A DNA stretch of 64,000 nucleotides from Octopus sinensis (GCF_006345805.1 NC_043001.1:16616001-16680000), one strand, 5' to 3'. Counted from the first letter of the stretch, positions 11,640 to 25,047 are shown. Numbers and translations are program-made. Notes: generated by a model from the sequence alone, not told the origin.

Positions 11640-12140
11640 GAATGAAACAATATATTAAGGGAATGGTACATTAGAATGACAGAATAAAAAGCAGATTAAA
11701 AGAATAAGAATTACAGAAATGGAACAACAGAGTGGAAGAACGACGTATGAAACTGGTACATTAGAATGATAGAATAAACAGCAAAGTAAGAGAGCAAGAA
11801 ATATTAAAATGGAACAACGGATTAGAAGTACATGTTCTATTAAATTGGTGCATTAGAATGATAGAATAAACAGCAGTGTAAGAGAGCAAGAAATATTAAA
11901 ATGAAACAACGGATTGGAAGTACATGTTCTATTAAATTGGTGCATTAGAATGATAGAATAAACAGCAGTGTAAGAGAGCAAGAAATATTAAAATGAAACA
12001 ACGGATTGGAAGTACATGTTCTATTAAATTGGTGCATTAGAATGATAGAATAAACAGCAGTGTAAGAGAGCAAGAAATATTAAAATGAAACAACGGATTG
12101 GAAGTACATGTTCTATTAAATTGGTGCATTAGGATGATAG
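11640..12140. repeat. 92-bp A-rich minisatellite
   Basis: CATGTTCTATTAAATTGG starts at 11831, 11923, 12015 and 12107; more degenerate units upstream. Confidence 0.93.
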
Positions 12141-12450
12141 GATGAAAGGCAGATTAAGAGAATAAGAATAATTAGAATGACACAACGGATTAAGAGAACA
12201 ATTAAGAACAAGCAGAGAATTGGCAGCAGAGCTGTCAGAGCACCAGATGAAATGTCTGGGAGGAGTTCTTGTGACCCAGTGCATTCTGAGTTCAAATCCT
12301 GACGAGACCAACTTTGTCTTTCATAATTTTCGGCATCGATAAAAAAAGTACAAATCGAGGTTGATGGATTGGCGTAACTGTGAGAACCTCAGACTAGAAG
12401 CCTTGCGGAATTTGCTGCTGCATTTTGCGTTCTGAGTTTAAATTCCTCAA

Positions 12451-13090
12451 TGTTCTGCATGAGTGGTAGACACACCTTGTCGTTCTGCATGAGTGGTAGA
12501 CACACCTTATCGTTCTGCATGAGTGGTAGACACACCTTGTCGTTCTGCATGAGTGGTAGACACACCTTGTCGTTCTGCATGAGTGGTAGACACACCTTGT
12601 CGTTCTGCATGAGTGGTAGACACACCTTGTCGTTCTGCATGAGTGGTAGACACACCTTGTCGTTCTGCATGAGTGGTAGACACACCTTGTCGTTCTGCAT
12701 GAGTGGTAGACACACCTTGTCGTTCTGCATGAGTGGTAGACACACCTTGTCGTTCTGCATGAGTGGTAGACACACCTTGTCGTTCTGCATGAGTGGTAGA
12801 CACACCTTGTCGTTCTGCATGAGTGGTAGACACACCTTGTCGTTCTGCATGAGTGGTAGACACACCTTGTCGTTCTGCATGAGTGGTAGACACACCTTGT
12901 CGTTCTGCATGAGTGGTAGACACACCTTGTCGTTCTGCATGAGTGGTAGACACACCTTGTCGTTCTGCATGAGTGGTAGACACACCTTGTCGTTCTGCAT
13001 GAGTGGTAGACACACCTTGTCGTTCTGCATGAGTGGTAGACACACCTTGTCGTTCTGCATGAGTGGTAGACACACCTTGTCGTCCTGCTT
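12451..13090. repeat. 30-bp minisatellite, 21 copies of CGTTCTGCATGAGTGGTAGACACACCTTGT
   Basis: Counted directly; one internal substitution (12509). Produces the spurious 188-234 aa ORFs in several frames. Confidence 0.98.
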
Positions 13091-13570
13091 AACATCACAA
13101 ACTAATCAAGTTAGGCGCCTTTAGAAAAGTCTGCTATGTTGCAAGTATTCAAGCGAAGTCTCTAGGGTGAGGATAATTTCTTCCCTGCCATCAATCTCGG
13201 AGGTCGTGTAAAATAGTCATGGGCACTGACTTCCTTTCTGACTAAAAAATAAGAAATGCGGATACATACTGAGAGAATATGCATGACTAGGATGTTCTCA
13301 CACGACAGCCAATCCGCTGTTCTCAACCCGAAATAGGAAATTTGACTTCCATGGGTTTTTGACTTGAACTCCGAGAGACTGAACTAATCCTGCGATATAT
13401 TTTCTTAGAATGTGAAGTCATTGATTGTCTTATTTGAATAGAATAATAGATAATAAGATTAGTGCTGATAAAGGATACTTCAAGACATACAAATCTGACT
13501 TTGTATCTGAACCATCTGATGGAAACCCAGTCTTCAGATGAAGTTGTATTTCTTTCTCTTATATAACAGA

Positions 13571-13948
13571 CTAGCACTATGACCTGGCAACGCCGGGTCA
13601 TAGTGCTAGTGCATGCATATACAGCTGCGTGCGCGCGCACATACACGCGAGTACTGTCCAAATCTCAGACCAACCACACACAGCTAACTGGCATTCAATT
13701 GGCGTATCAAGTTTCGGGCATTTTGATTGGGTTTTGGATAGAAAATTCACAAAACGTCACTTCTATTGATTTTTTTAATGGTTTTCCGGGGTGACTGGGG
13801 AAATGTAAAGATGTGCACAACTACCCTTGGACGGTTTTTAATGACCATAGAAAGTGCGAACCTTCTAACTGAAAAATTGTGGCTTTTTATAAAGGATACA
13901 CACAAACACACACACGCAGACAGACATTTTGCCGTTTATATATATAGA
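13571..13948 (-). mobile_element. Non-autonomous Helitron-like element, second family
   Basis: Minus strand starts A|TCTATATATATAAACGGCAAAATGTCTG and ends ...GGTCATAGTGCTAG|T; terminal palindrome at 13570-13610 contains GCAACGCCGGG, as in the 4761 family. Confidence 0.7.
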
Positions 13949-14384
13949 TGCTTTGTATAGACAGTCCTGTAGCTTAAGGAAGAAGAGATGAGTTCTTTAG
14001 ATTGTATGAAGGCCGATAGCCTCGTGGTTGAAATGTGGGTCGTGGATTTTATTCTTGTACCGGGCGGTACGTGGGGACGTTGGGCAAGGCATTTCCTTTT
14101 ACGTTGTTCCACTATTCTCAACTAAAAGTACCAGTGGCAACTGGGGATAGGTAGGGGCTTAACTTTTGAGCGGAGAATTAGCATTCCATTCACGGAGAAG
14201 TCATGCACTCTCAGCCAAAACGCCTTGAAAATCCGAATAAATTTTGGCTTTATCAACATGTAAGGTTTCAGGCAGATGTGTATTTCAAGCTATTTGATTA
14301 ATCTGTTGCTTTTTTGTGCAAACATCATTTATAGCGAAGGCACGTGGCCCACTGTTTACGGTGATGCAGACACACACAATCGTA

Positions 14385-14880
14385 CATACATACATACAAA
14401 CATACATATATATACACATATACATACATACATACATACATATATACATACATACATACATACATACATATGTATATACATACATATGTATATACATACA
14501 TATATGTATATACATACATAAATATATATATATACATATACATACATATATATACATATACATACATATATATATATATACATATACATACATATACATA
14601 TATATATATACATATACATACATATATATATACATATATATATATATACATATACATACATATATGTATATATATATATACATATACATATACATACATA
14701 TATGTATATATATAAATATATACATATACATACATATATGTATATATATATACATATACATATACATACATATATGTATATATACATATATACAAACATA
14801 CATGTATGTTTATGTATATATATATATGTATATATATATTTGTATGTATGTATGTATGTATGTATGTATGTATGTATGTG
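14385..14880. repeat. Compound (TA)n/(CATA)n/(TATG)n microsatellite
   Basis: Direct; source of several Y/I/M/C-rich pseudo-ORFs. Confidence 0.97.
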
Positions 14881-15370
14881 TGAATGTAAAAGAGCTTGAT
14901 GTCTCGGCTGGTGTTCTAGAGTGTAGTGATAAAGTGTGCTTAGGCGTTCCCAGTAATTCAGTTATCTGAATGAGGTTATTTGCCTTTTACAAACTCTCTA
15001 AGTGGCATCTAAGAGCAAGGATGGTAGTAGACCAAAATCATGCGAAGTAGTCCAATCCATTCAGAACAAAGGATTTCCAGAGCATAATTGATATTATTAA
15101 GTGGTCTTTAAGTGGTATTATTAATATTTTGTTAAGGAACAGGATTTAATGATAACAGTACTTCTGTTTTTGAAGCAAAATAGAATAGAATTAAAGCTAA
15201 AATTTGATTTGCTAGGAAAACAAAATCTCAAAGAACTTGTAACAGATTAATCAACGGAGGACATTAGTCAGAATTTATTTTGTTTCCGGGTTAATAAAAA
15301 GAACAACCAATCCAGGGTGGTGGATTGACGGAAGCACGAGGATGGGTTGCGGTATTTGTTTTGGTTAAGG

Positions 15371-15778
15371 AAGGCGGCGAGCTGGCAGAAACGTTAGCAC
15401 ACCGGGCGAAATGCGTAGCGGTATTTCGTCTGCTGTTACGTTCTGAGTTCAAATTCCGCCGAGGTCGACTTTGCCTATCATCCTTTCGGGGTCGATAAAT
15501 TAAGTACCAGTTACGCACTGGGGTCGATGTAATCGACTTAATACCTATGTCTGTCCTTGTTTGTCCCCTCTGTGTTTAGCCCCTTGTGGGTAATAAAGAA
15601 ATAGGTATTTCGTCTGCCGTTACGTTCTGAGTTCAAATTCCGCCGAGGTCGACTTTGCCTTTCATCCTTTCGAGGTCGATAAATTAAGTACCAGTTACGC
15701 ACTGGGGTCGATGTAATCGACTTAATTCATTTGTCTGCCCTTGTTTGTCCCCTCTGTGTTTAGCGCCATAAAGAAACA
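15371..15778 (+). mobile_element. SINE family A, head plus two tandem bodies
   Basis: 17-bp TSD GGTATTT(G/A)TTTTGGTTA at 15351-15367 and 15779-15795. Confidence 0.92.
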
Positions 15779-16509
15779 GGTATTTATTTTGGTTATTTAC
15801 GTTCTAAGTCCAGATCTTACCAGGTTAAAAAAAATATGTTATCCTCATTTCGGAGATCTGACTCAAATGCCTGCAAGAGAGTGAACTCCACTGAAATCCT
15901 CGAAGGAAGGACCAAGGGATAATGTAGCGTGTTGAGATTTGAACCATAATTTCTAGAGTTTTCCCATCAAGAACCACGAACAAATAGATTTCCATAACAG
16001 ATTAAATGGTGCCATATAAGGTATTAACGCCCACGTGAATATGGTTCTACAAATCTGCATTGCTTGACTTATTATGGATGGGGAACAAGCGTCGAAAGAA
16101 GTATGCAAGTTTTCCTGTCAAACAGTTTGGCTAAAGATTCTAGAAGGATCGTTAACAGTTATAAAAAGACAGTCAAATTCAACCTAACCAAAGAGCCGTA
16201 AAGTCGTCCAGAGAAACTGTGTCGTTTGTCTCAATCAGTTATTCCCTCTCCCTCTATTTCACTTTTAAGTAACTTGATTACATTGTAGTCAACAGAAGGT
16301 GCTAACCTTTAATTGCTGTATCCAGTAACACGTATATTAATTAAATGCATTGATTAATTTCGTTGCACAACATTAACTTATCCAGCGTGTTATATTCAGA
16401 TCATTTCTAAAGCTTATGTTTATTAAACATTGATTGAATATACATATGTAAATGTAATGATGCAGGTTAACAAGATACTTGAAGAACTCGACTTCAGTGT
16501 GGTCATTAT

Positions 16510-16860
16510 CTACACACGTAAGTTCAAATTCCGCTGAGGTCGACTTTGCCTTTCATCCTTTCGGGGTCGATAAATTGAGCACCCGTGAAACACTGGGGTC
16601 GATGTAATCGACTAGTCGCTTCCCCGTAAATATGAGGCCTTATGCCTCCTATTTCTTTACTACCCACAAGGGGCTAAACACAGAGGGGACAAACAAGGAC
16701 AGACAAACGGATTAAGTCGATTACATCGACCCCAGTGCGTAAATGGTACTTAATTTATCGACCCCAAAAGGATGAAAGGCAAAGTCGACCTCGACGGAAT
16801 TTGAACTTAGAACGTAACGGCAGACGAAATACGGCTATGTATTTTGCCCGGTGTGCTAAG
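16510..16860. mobile_element. Two family-A-related SINE pieces in opposite orientation (+ about 16510-16620, - about 16650-16860)
   Basis: The shared central domain appears as an inverted pair. Confidence 0.8.
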
Positions 16861-18779
16861 GATTATCTATATACATAACTTGTAAACTTGTAAACTGCCT
16901 TACCGGTATATCTGACTAACTACCAGACAAAAATAGGTGATGGATTAAGTCTACCAACCAAAAACCCAAGCAATAAAAATAAGCAAGAAGAAACTCCATT
17001 CCTCCCAAGACAACTCCTCATCCGATGATCTAACGGTTCTGCCAATCTACCACATTTGGCTGATACTGTATTTCTTTGGTCCCAATAGGATGAAAGGTGA
17101 AGTTGTCCTTGGAGGTTTTGAACGCAGAGCGAAGAGAACCAGAACAAATTGTGTGAGGCATTTTGATCTACCCTTTAACGCAAAAGTTCCGTTCCCCGAC
17201 ATTTTTACTCTTGGGAAATCCTTGAAATAAATTCCGGGTTGCACAGAAGCCCACAAAAATTGTAAATATATATTTAGCTTTTTTCTTTTTCGTAGATTTA
17301 AATTTCACCAGACAAATGTAATATTTTTTTTCATATTAACGGGATAAGCAACACAAAATAAAAAAAACACAAAAAAACTTAAGCTTTCTCAAGAATATTG
17401 ACAAATAAAGATTAAGAGAAACCAAACTAGTTTTTTTTTAAAGAAATCATAACAAGATTTTTCAATCTTTCAAAAAGAAATTAAACGGAAAGAAAAAATC
17501 TCGAATATGCTCATAAAAAGAAATTTATGTCAAAAAAGTCACATACACATACCCGCACACACACAGGTACGCACACACATGCTCTCTCACACACACAAAC
17601 ACACACTCAACAGTCGATATTTACAAATATAAACACAGATAACCAACAACCTATTTAACACATATGAAGAGAACAAAGACAGAAAATACCTACCACGTTA
17701 CTTCATTGAAAACGTTCAAAAGACATTTCAATAAAATCGCAACAAAATGCAGTACGAGGAAATTCATTGTTATTTTGCGGACGAATTTACATAATGAAAT
17801 TTGCTACTCTAATGCGGAATTCGTGGGGGTCTTTTGGTACATAGATACTTAAATCAGGGCAAGTTTCAGATAAAAGCACACGGATTTCATCTTAAAAATG
17901 AAAGGAAACATTTTATGTCCTTCTCTAGCTGTTTAACCTCCTGCCTGCCCCTGCGTATCACATCTTATACACAGGACATATTTCCCTGGCGTCTGTGCAG
18001 CATATGTGAACACATTCTCAACCTTTTTCCAGAATAATTTAGACTTATAAATGGATAGCTTTATCTTACACAGAACACATCGGAAGGTTCCTTAAATCAC
18101 AAATCATACTATATTTATTTTTCGACTTATGTAATGATAGTAACATAAAAATAAACACCAAAGCCATCCACTTGCCTCATTACAAGAAATTAGGTAACCC
18201 GAATGAAATAATATAATGATATATTAGAAATTTGATAATGTTCCCAATATAAGCGATGACATACAAAGATCACGACAACTCCCAGGCTATAAAAATCTCG
18301 AATACTCCCTACGCAAACTTAATGAATAAAGAAGATGGTAAGGGCTTCTAGAATAGAAACTGTGATGATTTTTCCTGTACATGTTTAGCCGTACATTTGA
18401 TTGTCACATGATAACCCTAACACTAACCTTAAACCTTTATCTTCAACATTTTTACTCTGCAGTATTAGCCAAAATAGCAATAGTAATATATCTAACTATA
18501 ACACCCATAACAAAACCTTAACTATATATTTGACACTAAGTCAAAAAATGCCACACCACATCCTGCTTCTCAATTAATTTTATACTAATTCCTACTCATT
18601 TATTGTACTTATTGCTGTTTGTTTTCTTTATAAAAGTTGTTAATTATGTCATTACGATAGTTTGAGATGGCCAAACACAACAATAACATCCAAGTTGAGC
18701 CGATGAGAGAGCATCCATATCGTTGCTTAACTAGGAAGAAAAGCAACGAAGTATCTAGCTCAAAGCACCATAATGTCTT

Positions 18780-19291
18780 AAAAATGTAAGATTACACTAA
18801 CTAATGAAGAGCTAGATACACGATGCACAAACAAACACGTCATGGTCATGTTTGAAATACCTGGAATATTGAATATACTTGGCCACAGCCAAATATTTAT
18901 ATGAAAGATTGAAAATATGGGGAAAGATAGAAATGCCAGATGGCTGGCATCAGAAAATGGAAATAGTATTGTCAAAAAATCAGGAGAAAGATCTTGAAAA
19001 GGAACTTGAGGATGAATATATATTGATAAGAGGAACATTGGTACCGGAAAAGTGGGATGAACTAGAAGAAATATACGAGGTTAAATTTGAGGATTTTGTG
19101 GTTTTCGCGGTAAAATAGGAAAAAAAAAAGGACAAGTAAGTGATGTTGACTGATGGGGCAGTTAACATCAATTTCATCTCATTTTCACCCTTTTTCTCAT
19201 CCTATCATACGATAATTTTCTTTTGATGTTTTGTATCCCCAATGTTTTGTAGTGTCCCCTCTATGTAAGACCTTTATGGTTAATACAAAAT
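18780..19291 (+). mobile_element. Older L1/Tx1-like LINE 3' fragment
   Basis: Frameshifted LNIL/ATAKYLYER...EKWDE resembles the NxLxxAKYxIY...KW end of L1-clade ORF2; 3' end TGTAGTGTCCCCTCTATGTAAGACCTTTATGGTTAATA is similar to the 3377 LINE end. Confidence 0.55.
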
Positions 19292-19513
19292 CACACAGCC
19301 AAATATTAACTCAAGGTGTAATTTAAATATATACCTCTCAAAAACCGAGGGGCTTTTAAAGTTTGGTGATTAGCTGAAATTGCAGTGGGCTAAGCTGATG
19401 AGAGATGAACCCCATCGCTGAAGAATGATGTTTTATAGCAGGTAAAAGCACCCAGTGATTTAGTTACTTAATTCCAACAAGTAAGGTGTTCGAAATTTAG
19501 TAGGATTAAATAT

Positions 19514-19824
19514 CACCGTCACCGTGACCGACCAGGCTATCAGATGTAGCAACACATCGCTGGTCACAATGCGCTTCGCATTGTTTTAGTCTTCAAATGA
19601 CGCCACCCCGCTGGCTAAGCGAGCAGGCCAACAGAAGAAAGAGTGAGAGAAAGTTGTGGCGAAAGAGAACAGCAGGGATCGCCACCCCCCCCTGCCGGAG
19701 CCTCGTGGAGCTTCAGGTGTTTTCGCTCTATAAACACTCACAACGCCCGGTCTGGGAATCGAAAGCGCGATCCTACGACCGCGAGTCCCCCTGCCCTAAC
19801 CACTGGGCCATTGCGCCTTCACAG
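19514..19824 (-). mobile_element. SINE family B (tRNA-Arg-like head), tail type 2
   Basis: Head GGCGCAATGGCCCAGTGGTTAGGGCAGGGGACTCGCGG...TTCGATTCCC; flanking ATTAAATAT duplication. Confidence 0.85.
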
Positions 19825-20029
19825 AATTAAATATATCGATACAAATTTCAAGGAAGCAATTGTAACTCATTCGAACTCAGGAGTGGACGATCGAATGCTT
19901 TCATTTATTGGCCACCCTGTCTTTGCTCTCATGATATGTTATAGACTAGTAACGAACTAAGAGGCTTATGAGCAAAGGAATTTCAGCCGTGACCATCTTG
20001 TCATTCTTTCAGACATAGCGCGAATATTA

Positions 20030-20092
<63 letters not shown>

Positions 20093-20506
20093 ATATGCAT
20101 GAAATTTATTGACTCAGCTTTTAAACAGTAAATTGTTGAAGGTCGCTGTTTTGATCAAACAAGAAATAAGAGAAAACAAAAACTTCCCGTTACTCTGCTT
20201 TAAACTTTGCTACCCAGTCCCTTCAAATATATATTCTGATTCTATCGCTCTTCTTGATTCCCAATCACCTTCCGACTATATCTATACCTGTATTAGTCTT
20301 TTTGGTCCCACCTCAACTGCGACCACGACTAGTTTCATGACACTTTCTGTTTTAAAGCAATCTAAATTAAAATTTTCCATAAAAATTTATGTTAATTTAT
20401 GTTTCAAAAACAAACTTAAGAATGATAAAGCTAGTTTACTAGTTTCTGCATTATTTAAAAAATTATCTGAAATAAAGACAATGAATTTCAACAGATATAT
20501 ATATAT

Positions 20507-20537
<31 letters not shown>

Positions 20538-20539
<2 letters not shown>

Positions 20540-20949
20540 TTCTTTACTGCCCACAAGGGCTAAACATAGAGGGGACAAACAAGGACAGACAAACGGATTA
20601 AGTCGATTACATCGACCCCAGTGCGTAACTGGTACATATTTAATCGACCCCGAAAGGATGAAAGGAAAAGTCGACCTCGGTGGAATTTGAACTCAGAACG
20701 TAGCGGCAGACGAAATACCTATTTCTTTATTACCCACAAGGGGCTAAACACAGAGGGAACAAACAAGGACAGACATAGGTATTAAGTCGATTACATCGAC
20801 CCCAGTTCGTAACTGGTACTTAATTTATCGACCCCGAAAGGATGAAAGGCAAAGTCGACCTCGGCGGAATTTTAACTCACAACGTAACGCAGACGAAATA
20901 CCGCTAAGCATTTCGCCCGGGTGCTAACGTTTCTGCCAGCTCGCCGCCT
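20538..20949 (-). mobile_element. SINE family A, head plus two bodies
   Basis: Reverse complement; tail abuts (TA)n; ATTTCAACAGA duplicated at both ends. Confidence 0.9.
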
Positions 20950-21344
20950 ATTTCAACAGAGATATAGCAACAAGAAGGTTAAAGGCACCTATTTCAGGTT
21001 TTCCCTCTTCGAATTCATTGTTCTCGGTAATTTTAACACTTACAGTGTCTTGTGGTTTTGTCCACGAGAACATCGCTCTCAGACCCGTCATATTTGAGAC
21101 GTAGATGAAAGAAGGATTCTGAATAATTGGTAGAGAACCTTTGTAGTAAATGGGGCCAAAAACATTCGCCTTGGATTACTGGATAAGTTTGGAATACTTG
21201 ATAATTTGCAGGCTGTAAGATGCGTGGAAACATTCTTATCTTTTGCATGAAATGAACACTGACTTTTTGTTTGTAGCAGTAATGCGTGCGTCCTTACGAT
21301 CTTTGGCAGCGTGATTAAATTAACAATTATTTATGTAAAAGCAT

Positions 21345-21574
21345 GGCGACGAGCTGGCAGAATCGTTAGCACGCCGGGCGAAATGCTTAGCAGTATTTCG
21401 TCTGCCGCTACGTTCTTAGTTCAAATTCCGCCGAGGCCGACTTTGCCTTTCATCCTTTCGGGTTCGATTAAATAAGTACCAGTTACGCACTGGGGTCGAT
21501 GTAATCGACTTAATCCGTTTGTCTCTCCTTGTTTGTCCCCTCTCTGTTTAGCCCCTTGTGGGCAGTAAAGAAAT
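21345..21574 (+). mobile_element. SINE family A monomer
   Basis: Full length; ATTATTT(A/C)TGTAAAA duplicated on both flanks. Confidence 0.9.
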
Positions 21575-21829
21575 ACATTATTTCTGTAAAACACAATATG
21601 GCCATTGTGTCTTCAGCCATTCATTCTGTAATCAACATTCAGACCGGGTTTTCAGTCTAAGGGTCTTTCTCCTATTCTTACCAAAGCGTCTTAAAAGATC
21701 ATAACTGATATTCCTGTACCTCTGATTATGACACAAAAACAAATACGTCGGTATTCGTAATGGGAAAAGGAAGACAGGAACATCACAAGATTTCACATTC
21801 ATTTCTGGAAAGTTGTTGCTTCGTTCCAG

Positions 21830-21905
21830 ATTGCGTTTGGTTCCTCAATGATGGAAGCCATGATTATCTCACGTTATTTTCTGTATTGTTTAAGACGCTG
21901 GGGTG
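21830..21905 (+). CDS. Candidate coding exon, gene unidentified
   Basis: TTGTTGCTTCGTTCCAG acceptor, GTAAGT donor; two frames open ([25 protein letters not shown] or [24 protein letters not shown]). Boundaries approximate to within 1-2 nt. Confidence 0.25.
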
Positions 21906-21960
21906 TAAGTAGAGGCAATTTGGCGGTTGTTTCGAATTTCATTTTGGTAAAAATAAGTAT

Positions 21961-21961
21961 G

Positions 21962-22057
<96 letters not shown>

Positions 22058-22118
22058 GTCTGTCTACCTAATAAAAAACCCACACATTCATCCATCCGTC
22101 CGTCTATCTGTCTGTTTG

Positions 22119-22173
<55 letters not shown>

Positions 22174-22215
22174 GTCTAATTATCTATCTATCTATCTAAC
22201 TTTCTATCTATCTAT
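21961..22215. repeat. (CTAT)n microsatellite
   Basis: Direct. Confidence 0.97.
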
Positions 22216-22664
22216 CTGGTTAGCTACACACATTACAATATAAACATACATTGCACCATAAACTGACTGTATCGAGGTACTCCTGTCACACGTTGTCTAC
22301 TGATAACCTACCTATTTTAGTGCCTTTCAAAACAAGCTCCAGATTGTCTTCACAATAATTTGCCAACCGTCTGCTGTTGGTGCAGCAAACAGATGTTGCA
22401 CAGAGCATGTGTCTCCTGTTAATTTTTATCATATTAATTTTTTTATATATATTCTGGCTACATCCGTATTTAGTGTTTCAGCAGGAGGATGTTATCTACC
22501 GAGAGTTTCAATAGTGGTTTATACAAAAGGATAGTCTGAGAAAGATAAAGATTTTGTTATTTTTTCTCAGCGTGATTGCCGACGATCCGAGTGCAGAAAA
22601 AATGCTCGTTTCGGGTGACTTTCCACTGTAACATCCTACATGAGTGCTTTCATTGTCGTTGTTT

Positions 22665-23064
22665 TCGTTCTTGCTAATACTATTGTTGTTGTTGTTTGTT
22701 TGTTTGTTGAGCGAAGCGGTCTTCGTCCCAGTGGGAGAAGTCCGAAACGTAGTCCTTTGCTATACGTAAGACCCGCAGAAGAGAAAGCAGGTCAACCCCC
22801 GACACCGAGAGCATCGACGGATGGATGAATGCGCATCCAGACTCAGCGGTTGCGTAGGAAGTCGGGGACAAGAAACAGGAAGAAAGAGTGAGAGAAAGTT
22901 GGAGCGAAAGAGTACAACAGGGGTCGCTTCCCCCCTGCCGGAGCCTTGTGGAGCTTTAGGCGTTTTCGCTCAATAAACACACACAACGCCCGGTCTGGGA
23001 ATCGAAACCGCGATCCTCCGACCGCGAGTCCAATGCCCTAACATTTGGGCCATTGCGCCTCCAC
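22665..23064 (-). mobile_element. SINE family B, tail type 1, ending in (AAC)n
   Basis: Reverse complement of the 44505 copy; (TTG)n on both flanks. Confidence 0.88.
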
Positions 23065-23493
23065 TTGTTGTTGTTGTTGTGGTGGTGGTTATCGTTGTTC
23101 TTGTTATCAGATCTGACAAAGTATTTCCTCTGTCATATGGCCTTTTTTCATTGAGGTAGAATCCATTACATGTCCTTAACTTTTGTTCATGTGACACCCT
23201 ATGTTTTGAAGAAGATTTGGTTGCTATTTCTGGCAATTCACATGACTTAGCCTGTCTTCTGCAGAGTTTCGTTACAGATGCCATAATAGATGATTGCTTT
23301 TTCATATGAAAAGACACGTCCTTGATGTATCCTCTGCCACTTTTCATTCATCTAATTTTCTATCTTTTACTTATACAGTTATTGGACTATGGCCATGCTT
23401 GAACACCGTCTTGAAGGGTTTCATCGAAAAAATAGGATCCAACACTTACTTTTCATATCTGGCAAGTATTGTACCGTGTTTTTTGTCGAACCT

Positions 23494-23724
23494 ATTTCTT
23501 TATTACCCACAAGGGGCTAAACACAGAGAGGACAAACAAGGACAGACAAACGGATTAAGTCGATTATATCGACCTCAGTGCGTAACTGGTACTTATTTAA
23601 TCGACCCCGAAAGGATGAAAGGCAGAGTCGACCTCGGCGGAATTTGAACTCAGAACGTAGCGGCAGACGAAATACCGTTAAGCATTTCGCCCGCCGTGCT
23701 AACGTTTCTGCCACCTCGCCGCCT
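23494..23724 (-). mobile_element. SINE family A monomer
   Basis: Full length; TTGTCGAACC duplicated on both flanks. Confidence 0.9.
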
Positions 23725-24224
23725 TGTCGAACCGCTAAGTGACAGGATGCAAACAAAACCCACCGTTGTTAAGCGGTGGATGAGACAAACACAAAGTCAT
23801 GTCGGTCGTTTTCTTTTAGTATACCTGTTATTCATTTTTCTCAAATAATCATAGGTTTTCAATAGAAATTATTGATTCGTTTTTGTATTGGAATGTTCCC
23901 CGTAAAATTGCTTATTTCCTTGTTCAAAAGCTCCGATTACAATCGGAAAAGCTGTTCTTATGCTCTGCCCAGATGAACGTCACTTCCATCAGACCTTTTA
24001 TCTTCAATATTTTTCTGTTTCATTCATTCATATACGTCAGCCCACATGACATGATACGACATATCAATCACTAAAGCTACTTAATTATGCTCATCTTTTA
24101 TAATTACGTCACGGTCACTTGGCCAAAATCTCCTTGATAGCATGAACGACCAATCTTCACAGTAGGATCTCTCCATCTCATTGAATAAATTATGTTGGCA
24201 TTATTTATCAGAAATAATAAGACG

Positions 24225-24541
24225 GCAAGCTGGCAGAAACGTTAACATGTCGGACAAAATACTTAGCGGCATTTCTCCCGTCTTTATGCTCTGAGTTCAA
24301 ATTACGTTGGAGTCGACTTTGCCTTTCATCCTTTCGGGGTTGATAAAACACACCCATTTCTTTACTGCCCACAAGGGGCTAAACACAGAGGGGACAAACA
24401 AGGACAGACAAACGGATTAAGTTGATTATATCGACCCCAGTACGTAACTGGTACTTATTTAATCGACCCCGAAAGGGTGGCGGACGAAATACCACTAAGC
24501 ATTTGGCCCGGCTTGCTAACGTTTCTGCCAGCTCGCCGCCT
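24225..24541. mobile_element. Diverged family-A-like SINE (+) interrupted by an internally deleted family A copy (-, 24356-24541)
   Basis: Body homology on both strands. Confidence 0.78.
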
Positions 24542-25047
24542 TTATAAAACACATACCAGTTGCGCACTGGGGTCGATGTAATCGACTAACCTCCTCCCCC
24601 ACAATTCTAGGCGTTGTGCCTATAATAGAAATGATTATTTATCAGTAATATCTTTGTTTGTGACTTTAGTTAGCAAGAGAGGATAATGGTCTTGATTCTG
24701 ATTGGTACCTTGAAACTGATGAGATCGATATTACAGATGTTCAGTTTCAGTATCAGTAAATCGAAGTCTGCAAGAAAATCGTGGGTGGTGAAGAAACTCC
24801 AGGTGGTTAGCTTTCCAAGAAAGAAATATGGAGTGAGTTTGTAGCTATAAAGCTATGCCTTAATATGGTTAAGCCTCTTGTGAAATGAAGGACCCTCATA
24901 CCACAAATAAATAAAAAGAAACTCCTACTTGACTGGTATGAATAATGTAACGAAGCGGCTCTATTTACTCTTTGTCCCCCAATTACAATCTCCCTCTACA
25001 GAACAAACTCCGTGATATTCATTGAGATGATGGTATAGAAATTTAGC

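Noticed and set aside
12451-13090. CRISPR-like array
   Set aside because: Repeats are contiguous with no unique spacers; eukaryotic context.
12389-13124. 188-234 aa repetitive ORFs on both strands
   Set aside because: Translation of a 30-bp minisatellite; open in several frames with no unique domain.
14285-14969. Y/I/M/C/H-rich ORFs (also at 32.7-33.3, 38.6-39.1, 46-47.5, 49.2-50, 54.5-55.2, 57-58 and 61.3-61.9 kb)
   Set aside because: All are (TA)n, (CATA)n, (CTAT)n or (CA)n microsatellite translations.
21044-21212. Minus-strand segment with CAG acceptor and GTAAGT donor, one open frame
   Set aside because: No compatible neighbouring exon or recognisable protein; plausible by chance.
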